A stretch of 64,000 nt of DNA from contig JBHGNT010000017.1 in NCBI GenBank assembly GCA_043228905.1, forward strand, positions 620,001 to 684,000, read 5' to 3'. Origin of the DNA: Azolla caroliniana. Taxonomy: Eukaryota > Plantae > Polypodiophyta. A program made the translations under genes and the position numbers. Positions within the stretch are counted from its first letter, which is position 1. Each line of letters opens with the position of its first letter. The notes beneath the pieces were generated by a model. That model worked only from the letters and a program-made list of their open reading frames with translations. It had not been told where the DNA came from and did no database searches. Below, piece by piece: positions 52,981 to 64,000 of the stretch.

Positions 52981-55201
52981 ATGTAATGATTTGGATGGAA
53001 GATCAATATTAAAATAACAAATATGCTTCTGCGTGTGCTTGTATTGGTGATATTTACGCATCGTCTATCCTTAAAAGTGACAGGGTGATGCTCCAAGCAA
53101 GCTTGGGCTTTGAGAATTGGAAAAGGCAAGCTACAGGTTGTATATACCTACAAGCTATAAATTGAAGCAGCTCAAAGTGATCATCATGTCTCTGCATTTT
53201 CCCATAAAAAGTATACCAGTAGCCATACTATTGGAAGTTGCTTTCACCCATGAGTCATGACATGCAATATTTATTGTTGCACCATTTCTTAGAGTGAAAA
53301 TGAGAAAAGTATGGTAAGGAAATGCAAGAAACAGACGACCAGAATGTGTAAAATAGGAAGGAAATGTAAACTGATCAAATGCAAGTCCGATAAATTATCT
53401 GAAGGATATGATAAAGTTAAACGCAAGTTGAAACAAGGTGGCTTCACATAGCCTTCATTATGGTAGTTTGGGTGATTGAAATTGGGAAATAGACCTTTTG
53501 CTGCAAAGGTTTGGCAGTTGGTTGTGGACACGTGTTTCATCGATGATGAGTGATGGCCCTTAAAACCTAGAATTCAAGTTTTACCTCTCGGTTCAAAATT
53601 GGGACTAACAGAAAGTATGCTCAATGTAAGGTGCTCCACAATGTATGTATTGTTCTCACATGCAAAGAAAGTATCTTTTTGCCTTTCAAGTAGTATTTAT
53701 AATTTTCCATGTTCATGGCTAATGCATTATCATAAATTGTATTGTTATGCATATTGCTAAATTTAATTTTGTTTTCTCAACTGTTGGTGCTCCATACCTT
53801 GAAAAAATTGATTAATAAGCATTTCTGGTTGTCAAACTTCTTCCAACAAATCTTGTTTCATGCTAACCCTTATCCCTTTAGAATAGATGCATTTTCCATC
53901 CAGAAATTCAATTACGTATTTTGCCATCAATGTCTACTTGATAAGCTGTATGACATATGCCTAGTGTGCAGAAGTCTTTCCATTTTGCTACTCGATCAAT
54001 TCATCTTTACATTCAAATGTTCAAGCTAAAATTTCTTCAATTGAAGAACTTTCAATGTTTATCACTATGATGCACAATGGTATTCATGATAGATCTATCA
54101 CCATTTTCACTAATGTTAGTTGATACTTGCGACAATTGCACAAATTTGTAATCTGATCTCTAAGCCACCTATCCTATTATAAGTTTAAAGGATTCACTGA
54201 AAATGTGTGATTGTAATTGCGTAATGGTAAACAAGGAGATCCACACCTTCGTAGGTTGTATTCATTGACATGGAATGAAAGCTTGAGCAAACACATGGTG
54301 AAGACGAAAATGTAATTATATTCAATGATCAACAAAATTCTATAAATTTTACATAGCAAAATGATTCTAATCGGTCCCATTGTGAAAGAGGAAAATTGAT
54401 TGTTGTATTAGTATGTATGTGAATTCCAAAGAAGTCATTGTCTTTGAACTCATAAACAAATGAGAAACGAGATTGTGTAAGGTCGTGGATTAACACATTG
54501 GATCTTGAATCCAATGGATGCGTGTTCAAATGCCATCGTCAACATTGTGTAGAATGCATGAATTTTATGTGATGGTTTGCAATGTGTGTGTGTACAATCC
54601 ACCAGTCCTTTAACATACATACAAATTTGGTGGTAAGTTATGTTTGCTATCACTGTAATATACATATTGAATACATGTGTGGGTGTGGGTATATATGCCA
54701 TAATGGTTGTGGTGGTTGCTCAATGTGTTTATATATTGGTTGTGTACATTTTGTGGGTTGTGAAAGTTGTGTTGCCTAAGTGCAATCATCAATTGCAAGT
54801 GTCAAGCCTATCGCGAGGATTGAAATTGAGTTCATTCAACTTTATGACTAGGGAGAGAGATTGATCTTATTAACGCCTTCAATGCCAAATGCGAGGTGTG
54901 AGACCAAAGCGAAACATTTTGTCACGTGGTCCATGTGGAGATGGCAAGCGACCGACTCTCGATGTTAAAGACTTATTGGTACCGAATGTTGCGATCGAAG
55001 GAAGGGCATCTGCAATAGAGCGTGCCGATTCCTTAGAAGCCTCCGACCGTATTCAAGTTAGATAGAACATGCATGATGATGCTAAAGCTCCCAACACAAC
55101 GATATGGGATGTGTACTGGGACATGCACAATTCGACGGTTTTGTTGTTCTTGGTACAACATGATGTATATGTAGTATGTACATATATGAATATGATAGAT
55201 A

Positions 55202-55232
<31 letters not shown>

Positions 55233-56530
55233 GTAACTTTGGGATTAGGTCTGGTACCTCCTTTCCCCTGCTGCCCAATTTCTTTAAAACTACCATATAC
55301 TACAATGTATCTCTCTATATACACATAATTTTGAGAGAGAGAGAGAGAGTATCAGGACAAATTCGCGGATCAGAACAGAACAGAACAGAACAGAACAGAA
55401 CAGAGCAACCCCTTCCCTTCCTGTAAGTTCGTTTTTTGTTCGCCTATCTGCTTTTTGCTTCCGTTTTCGCAAGTCTTCTTTCCTCCTCCTCCTCCTCCTC
55501 CTTATCTTCTTCTTCTTTCCCTCTTACATCCATTAATACCCTTTGCAGAAATTAATGTTTCCCCCACCCCCCTTTCCTCCCTCTGGATCGTGTTTGTGAT
55601 TTTGTAATGGTGTGATTATTCTGTAACCCTAAAATTTGTCCCTTTTCCTAGTTGAATTAGTTTTTCCTTTTCTCGCTGTAAAACGTGTTCCTTTTTTCTG
55701 CTTTAGCACCAGCCCCTAATTATCTTAAGAAACTATGAAGATCGTTTCCGGAACATTTCATCCGCCCAGGAATCTCTTTTAATATTCTAGTACTCTTTTG
55801 TTTTCTCGATCAATGTTTTACGTTAATTAACACTGCAATTTTCAAGACAAACGTATTCACAAGTCTGCCTAGTTTGGTTTTCATGCAAGAAATAGAAGGA
55901 ACGCTTATATATGCTGTATGTCTTGCAAGAGGCCCTTTTAGATGTGGAATATATGTCCTTCAAGAGGCACTTAAATATATGATATTTGTCTTAGATGGGT
56001 TACTCTGTAATGGGATATATGTCTTACAACATGCATTTAAACTTCTGATGCATGTTATGTGTCTTACAGGGGGCCTTGAGATATGCAATATGTATTACAA
56101 AAGGCACTTAAGTGTGCACTTAGATAGGGGTACATGTCTTTACTATAGGCACTTAGGTATGGATCAAGTAATTTCTTGGATATAAGGTCGATCAAATATA
56201 TCACTTAAAAACAAGTACACACTGAAACAAAAGGGATCATAATAGGCTTCCCAAATCTGTAGATTATGGTGCGAAAAGTTAAGTTTCATGGCTTTCTGAT
56301 CTATCAAGATTGTCACTAGAAAACAAATGCCAATTGAATTGAAAGGTGATCAGAATCAGCTTCGTTAATTAGCATATTGAGATTATGATGTAATATTTTA
56401 GCTCTGTTTTTTGCTCGTAAATTTCAGGACAGAAGATCAGGCGTACTAATCAATCATTTGGGGACTGAGAGAATTGAACTGATCATCATAGATCACGGAC
56501 AAAATAAACATCTAGAATCTGATTGGTGCA

Positions 56531-59500
56531 ATGGATTCGGGGCGGTATAATATCCCACCACAAACACAACCAAGATGGGATGATAACAGTGTATGGCACA
56601 TTCAAAAATCAGATGTGGTTTCATCCTTACTTATTTACAGGATGTTGATGCCTCTTGTTTCCATGTTTAATGGGTCATATATGATTCTACACATATACAC
56701 ATATCCTCTCATATATGGCAAAAACAAGAAACAAAAGCCAGGGTTATGGATATGGCATTTTACACACATGTCAGGCATGCTCACATATTGCTGACTACGC
56801 CTTCTTCTTTTGGATGCACAGGCGGCATTGGCGAGCTTTAATTCTTCAAGGGATCAAGAATTCAGGTATATGTTTTCTATTGAATGTAAGGTCCTGTTTT
56901 CAATCCTGTTTTCTATTGAATGTAAGGTGCTTCTGTGAAATTTGTCTCCTTCATGAGTATAAGCTTATCGTATTATGTTTTGTGAACAGAATCAATGGAG
57001 GTTATGGAGGCAGAGGATTCTCTGATGTCAAATATGCAGGGGAAGGATTTCCACTATCTCCACCCATGATGGGTTTGCTTCCACAAGCAAGGAAACCAGA
57101 TAGAGATGCTGAATATGGTGTTGTGAGAAGACATGAAAAGGTCAGCTACGATCGTAACATCAGAGATGCTGACAAATTAAGAGATGCAGATTGTTTCGGG
57201 AATGTCGATCACTTCCGAGGCTTCAATAAATACTGTGATCATGATCGTTTTCATCATGATGATAGCTTTAGAGACTATGCTGGGAATGCAAAAGGTGTTT
57301 TTTCCGACAGATATGAAGCTGAGGAGTATGATCAAAGGACACAAGGACATACTCAAAACAGTAGGGAGTTAGGTAGAGAATATCCACGAAATGCAAGCCA
57401 TGATGGAGACAGTAGTCAGAGGAAGCGTACGAGAATGCAAAAGTATATGGACGGTGACAGAGAAAGATATAGAAGTAGTGAGAGAGACAGGAGCTCTGAA
57501 AGAGATAGACATAGTGATTACTCAGGTTTGTCGTCACGGTCTTACTCTCGGTCTCGGTCTCGTTCACGTTCACGTTCATGTTCGCGATCTCGATCTCGTA
57601 GCTATGATGATCGGAACAGAAGGTCATACTCTCCTCGAAGGTCTCATTCATCTCAAGATTCTCAGTCCCCTTGGAGATCTCGCAGCCCAAGAAGGTCATA
57701 TTCTCGTTCACGAAGAAGTCGTAGTCGGAGCAGGAGGGAAGGTAGCATTGGCGATACTCATTATGATTCTCGGAAGAGAGAACGAGATGAGAGGCGATAC
57801 AGCGAACGGTCTCGAGCGGTATGCTTTGTCTGTTATTTGTTGTGTTATTGTTACATAAAGATATGTGTTACAATTCCTGTGCTTTATTCAGGCTCCCTCA
57901 GCAACACTTGTTGTGAGAGGATTATCTCAGAAAACAGGTGAAGATGACTTATACAGGGCACTGGTGAGCCACATATCCACTCAGTTTCTTTATTTTTGCA
58001 GCACTTGAGATCATATATGCTCATTCGTTTGTTTTTTGTAGGCTGAATGGGGCCCCTTAAGGCATGTTCGAGTAATTAAAGAACGGAACTCTGGAATTTC
58101 GCGAGGTTTTGCATTCATAGATTTTCCGTCTGTGGTGAGTGCATGGAACTCATAACACCAACACTATATATTTTGTGAAAACTGACTCATTTTATGCATT
58201 TACCAGGATTCTGCAAAAAAGATGATGGAAGTTTTGCATGAAGATGGCTTAGTTCTCGATGGGCGGCGTGTATATTTTGAATATAGGTTTACTTTCTTTA
58301 CTTTCTTCACACAGGCTAAATCTTTTAAAGTTCAGTCTTCAGTTCTAAGCACAACATTTCCAGATGCTAGGAAGTGTTGTTGTATGTATGTACAGATACT
58401 GGCCTTGAGGCATTTGAGCGTGTGCTTTATGTAGGATAAAGTTTGGAAGTTCCATTCTAACCACAAATGCCCGTAGATATTGACCTAAATAACCTAGATA
58501 GTAGGAGGCTATGTGGCATGTTTATATAAACAGATACTGGAATTGATGGACAGCAGTGTGTATGTATTGTTTGTCTCTGTAACTTGGTAACTTGGAAGTC
58601 TTTGGATAGGTTCAACTTAACATGACATAGTCTCTGTAGGTTTGGATATGCAAGGAAGTTGTTAAACCTTTCATACAGTCTATGAAAAGGAGCCCCATAA
58701 AGACATGTATAGCCCTATTGAAATTTGGGCCATGGGTTTTGGAGAAGAGGTTATCATCTGCCAGTGAAGCTGCTGGGGTTGCAAGAATTGCTGATGGGAA
58801 TTTGATTTTGTGAGTTACAGTAGCAAGCCCACTGGAGGTGTAGGAGCTTCTCAGGGATTTGCTCCCGGTGTCTCCAGACACGGTAGTTCAGCTGTTGATT
58901 GGATGTGTACAGACTGTGGTTGTGTAAACTTTGCACGCCGCACTTCATGTTTTCAGGTACTGTTCAACATCTCTCTATTCATACCGGTATGTGATTGTTA
59001 TCATCGAATCCCTTCTTAACCTGTGTTATTTATTTATTCAATAGTGCAATGAATCACGGGCTGATGATGCACCGGCTGCCGATGTTGCCCTATCGATGAC
59101 TGCTTCATCTGGGAGGAAAGGGTCTGAAGGAGGACCTACACATGTCCTAGTTATTCGCGGTCTTGATGAGCATGTGAATGAGGATACATTACACTGTGAA
59201 TTCTCTAAGTATGCTCCCATCAAGGTAAGTTGCTACCTTTAGTATGTATTTAGCTGTTTTAATAATTTACTTTCTTAACATGGAAATTTGACTCACTTTA
59301 TTCCAATTTATTTACAGGACTTACGGCTTGTTAGAGACAAGTTCACACACGTCTCTAGGGGTTTTGCATTTGTACATTTCTTTTCGGTATGCTTCAGTTT
59401 GGCACATATTTAAGCATTATGCAATGTTCTGGATATAAGGAGCTTTAACTTCTTGAAAAATTGCAGGTCCATGATGCAGCTAAGGTTTTGGAGGCTACAA

Positions 59501-61451
59501 ATGGGATATCTCTAGAAAAGAATGGACAATTGCTAAGAGTTGCTTTTGCCAAGAGCATTCATGGGTCAAGTTCATCTGCATCCCAAGCTAGCAGTGTTGC
59601 TGCTGCTGCGATTGAAGCTGCCACATTTGCACAGCAAGTATGAAGCTGTAAACCATGTTGTGTGGGGGTTAGTTCTTGACGATATGCTGAATATGGTTGC
59701 CTTACTGCTGTGTCTTGCAGTATGATTCTACAGTTCGCTCTCAGAAAGAGCATCTGACAGCTGGTAATGGTAGTTCTGGGAAGGTTAAAGAAGGAGCCCC
59801 TCAATCAGGATATGTCTGGGATGAGGCATCGGGTTATTACTACGATGCTGCGTCAGGATTCTACTATGATCCTAATAGAGGTAAAACAAAAGCTTTTGGT
59901 GTATAATAGGATCTTGAAAAATGTTCTTTTTCAGTGCTTTACAAGCGTTTTACATTTACAATTGCAGCGTTGTTTTATGATGGAAACAATGCGCTCTGGT
60001 ACTACTACAATCAAGAAACCCAGCAGTATGTTCCTTACGTTGATGCGGATTCCAATGCAGCAACGAAAGAAGTTGAAAATGCGGCTGATGAATCAGCAAC
60101 AAAAGAAGGTGAAGCTAGTGCTGTAGAAACTACTGGTGAAGAGAAAAAACCCTCTTTGGCAGAGGCTGTCCAGGCTGCTGCGATGGCTGCACAAGCTGCT
60201 GCCAAGCGAGATAAAGAAAGACTGAAAGAAAAAGAAAGGGAGACACGACAAGCATTGAAGGGCTCACTCCAAGCTAGCAAGAAGAAACTCCTCAATCTTT
60301 GGAAGTTAAGGCAAAATGAAGGACAAGGTAGTCCTGCTGGATCTGTCATTGCTTCGACAACAAATTTAGTTGTCTCACATGATCACCAACTGCATGAGAG
60401 CTTTTCACAAAGTGCAACTGCAGCTTTATCTGGCCAGGTCATTAAGAAGCCTGAACCAAAGGAACTTGGTGGAAGTTCTAGTATGGTTGATACAAAAGCT
60501 GTTGAAGAAAGCTATCGTTCTGACACCCATGGAGGTGCAAAGCAAGTGAATGATATAGGGATAACTACCCAATCATCTACTATAGAAGCAACTTCTGGAG
60601 GTATTGCGCCATTCAAGACAGATGTATCAGCAGTGGTGGGTAGCACACCCTCAGGGGCTAAGAGAAGGTTCACTGAATCCCCTCAACCAGTGTATCGAGA
60701 TAGAGCTGCGGAACGAAGAAACCTTTATGGCTCTTCATCATCTACACCTCTCGATGCACTATTAGAAATGGAAAACAAGGATAAAGGTAAAACAAAAAGA
60801 GGCATCTTGGTTATCTTCATGCGAGGCTAGTCATTTCTAGTTTTTGTCTTCTAAGATGGGCAGTATTTGGATACAGGTTCTGGAGGCAGGGGATGGGATA
60901 TGGATATGCCATTCCCACCAGGTGTAGGAATGAAGGGTTCAGGTTCTGCTGCTGGGTCTGTGTCTGGAGGTCCGGAACTGCAAGCTTATGAAGTAATAAC
61001 TGCCAACACAGCCATTGACGAGAGGAATGTGGGCAACCGCATGCTTCGGAATATGGGCTGGCAAGAAGGATCGGTAAGTATCCGCATATCTCTCTATCTA
61101 TATACACACTTGATACCTATTCCCAACTTTAGAGACATACCTAGAGATATAGAGATGTACGAAGGGACATGTCTATCCACAGAATATGCTGTGACATAGA
61201 TCATAGACAGCACATATATTCAGACATACAAATATGATGGTATACTCCTCGTTCTTGATTCTTAGGGGCTTGGAAAGGATGGGAGTGGAATAGTAGAGCC
61301 AGTTCAAGCTCAATCTGGCGATGTGAGGGCAGGCCTTGGTAGTCAAGCGCAGCAACGCAAAGTGGATGCAAGGTTTGAAACTCAGCCTGGAGACAGCTAT
61401 CGTGTTGTGATCCAGAAAAAAGCTCTTGCAAGGTTTCACGACATTATGTAG
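56531..61451 (+). CDS. SUA: SUPPRESSOR OF ABI3-5 / RBM5-RBM10-like splicing factor (RS region, RRM1, RanBP2 zinc finger, RRM2, OCRE, G-patch), multi-exon
   Basis: MDSGRY..WDDNS; SRSRSRS tract; [145 protein letters not shown]. TAG at 61449-61451. Confidence 0.93.
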
Positions 61452-64000
61452 TGACTGTTCATTTTTTTGCGTACATGAATGATGGAAATAGAAAATGTAC
61501 TCCAAAGAGGATATGTTTATATATAGCAGTGCAGCTCCCATTCATTTGATTTAATTCGAGTGGTCAATTAGTTATTTCAACTGTGTGCTTTTGTGGATTG
61601 TTTTGGCGGCCTTCTTAGTACAATCATTGTAAAATTTAATTGAAATAGATGCATCAAAATATTTTTCATTTTTATCGATGTTCGAACCATTGTGCAAACA
61701 CTAAAATCTTTAGTAGAGAGTGAAATATCTATATGTTTAGTACACAGTTTTGGGGAACATGAAGTTTGTGCATACACTTCTGGGTAGGGTAGGTGCTTGC
61801 TTGATATGTGACTAGGAAAGTGATCACATTGTTAATGAAGAGTTGCATTTATCACTCAAACCTGGGTGGAATGATTGGATTTTGTTTAAAATCATGTTTA
61901 CATTGAATCTTCATCGACACTAGCATAATTGGCAATCAATCCATAATCACATTTGGTCATAGTTGTCCACAACAAGTGGTGATGGGAGATGAGGGATTAG
62001 GTTAGATCATTTTATTAGAGGCCAATATTGACCCATGGGACCTACGTGCTAAAATTTTCTTGATGTGTCTCCTTCCTAAGTATGGTGTTTGCAAGTCTTA
62101 TGCATCATGGGTTTACGTTTGTATGTGTGTGTGATTGGGAGAGCCTTCCTACAAGTAACATTTGCGTGGGTTGAATGAACACAATGTAGGCCCTTGATGA
62201 ATGGATAGTGTTGTGTTTGATAGATTTGCGTAGGGGGAGTTGGGTCCTGATTCTCAATGAAACCTTTGACCTTCTCCTTTGTTTGGGTTGGTTTGACCAT
62301 ATGCCATAGTCTATGGTCTAATGTGCAATTTCACACCATTCAGTATTGATTGAGTGTATTTGATTGAATGTGGACAATAAAACATAATTCATGACTTGGT
62401 TATGGTTAGCTTGGGAGGGTGTGATCTTGAGGTTTAATCCATAGTCTTCATCTGTATCATATTTCCAATCATTATTTGGTTGGCATATGAGTTATCATAC
62501 TTTGAAGTTCGTATTCATGAATTGACTCTCCATCAGAGAGGGGCCTATTACCCTATTCATGTTGCCTTTTAAGTATAGGATTTAGTGACTTTTTAGTTTC
62601 TTCTTGATCATTGAATTTTGGCCTTAGAAGATGTTAATATATCTTTCTTTCTCCCTCATTAGCTAAGCTAGAATGCTCTCCTTCTTTCCTTACCATATAT
62701 TATAGCATATTTATTAGAGCTATGTTATTGTCATACATTGTCCTTCCCATGCCTTCCAACATCACATTTGCATTGGTACCAAAGGGACAAGTCTAGAGAC
62801 AAGGAAAAGTGGGGCAAGAGACAAAAAGAGGTAAGAAAAAGGTGATTAAGAGAAAATAGCCATAAAACTTAATTAACCTAGTGAAAATGAGGAACCACAA
62901 GGACTAAAATATTGTTGATGAACCATAATCTCTCTTAGCTAGACTTGTGGCCACAAGAGCTTACAAAAACCCAACACAAGATTCCAATCAGAAGAATCAA
63001 TGTAATTGTCTTCAATTTCGAAACATATGTAAAATGGCATTGATTGAATCACTGTAACTCTCTTCCAGTTGGAAAATACACAAGAACACTCACATGATGT
63101 CAACCTTTGCCTCTTCATGTTGAACCTAAAGGAATGTTGCCAATTATTACTCTCTAAATCAACACCTTCGTTTGAAAGACAATTAAGAATGTCAACTACA
63201 TTGCAACGTTTTCCACCACCCTTGATCAGACTTGCCTATATTCCACTCCTTTTATGCTTTAGATGAGAATCCATGAAAGTGATGGTACATAATGATGATA
63301 CAACATATTAGTGCTTATCATCGACCATCTTGTACCACTCTTCAAACACCAATCCAACCAAGGTTGATGATTTGTCTTCACGTGCAAACTTCCTTGTAAG
63401 AATGTAATACTTTGCAAAATCTACCAATTAAAACCATAGATTGATGGAATACATAAAAATCTTTTAGCATCATCAAACTCTTAACAACTTCTTTCTCTCT
63501 GTCTCTGCCTCTCTAACACAACTACCCTAAGGTTGAGGAACACATTGTTATAAACCCTCAGGCAAGATACCTATGCAATTATTTTTGTCGTTGCATTGTG
63601 AAAGAATGGATAATGGTTTACATCTTAGCACATAAAATATTGTAGTGTTTAGAATTGAGATAACTTGTTCAATGTGAGAACTAATGTCCATATTAAAAAG
63701 GAATTTATTTCTTGAGAATCGTTGTCGTGAAGCAATTGCTTCATGATATAAAAACAAATCACATATTATATAAAGTAACATTTGTGAGACTCAAACCTAT
63801 AACCTTGGTTATGAAGCATTGAGTATAAACAGTGAAGATAAGCTCTTCTAAAAGTAGACACTTTCATCATAATTATTATCTATATATCCCATACACATTG
63901 TCTCATATGAGCAACATAGTTGTCATGCACCACACATAGTACATGTGTGCCAAGTGGCAATCACACATCACATGCACTCTCACATACATCACATGCATTC

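Noticed and set aside
57819-59394. GTATGCTT donors in SUA (57819, 59387) as U12-type introns
   Set aside because: They differ from the U12 consensus GTATCCTT at the key +5 position; treated as U2 introns.

Overview
AT-rich, intron-containing land-plant nuclear DNA. The style of the PLS-class PPR gene suggests a fern or other seed-free vascular plant (inference). Six protein genes can be reconstructed from GT-AG boundaries: a class-3 lipase (-), a SINE1/2-type ARM-repeat plant KASH protein ending in LVPT (-), a CHD3/PICKLE chromatin remodeler (-), an AGD8/9/10-type ArfGAP (-), a PLS-E PPR protein (+) and a SUA/RBM5-10 splicing factor (+). Between and inside them lie decayed LINEs, a probable copia solo LTR, a small dispersed repeat family, many local tandem duplications and microsatellites. 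The most unusual feature is the single predicted intron of the KASH gene. It is built mostly of plant telomere repeats graded from degenerate to perfect, and the first repeat supplies an in-frame stop if the intron is retained. I see no clear multi-gene novel system. All calls come from reading the sequence by eye; no database searches were run.
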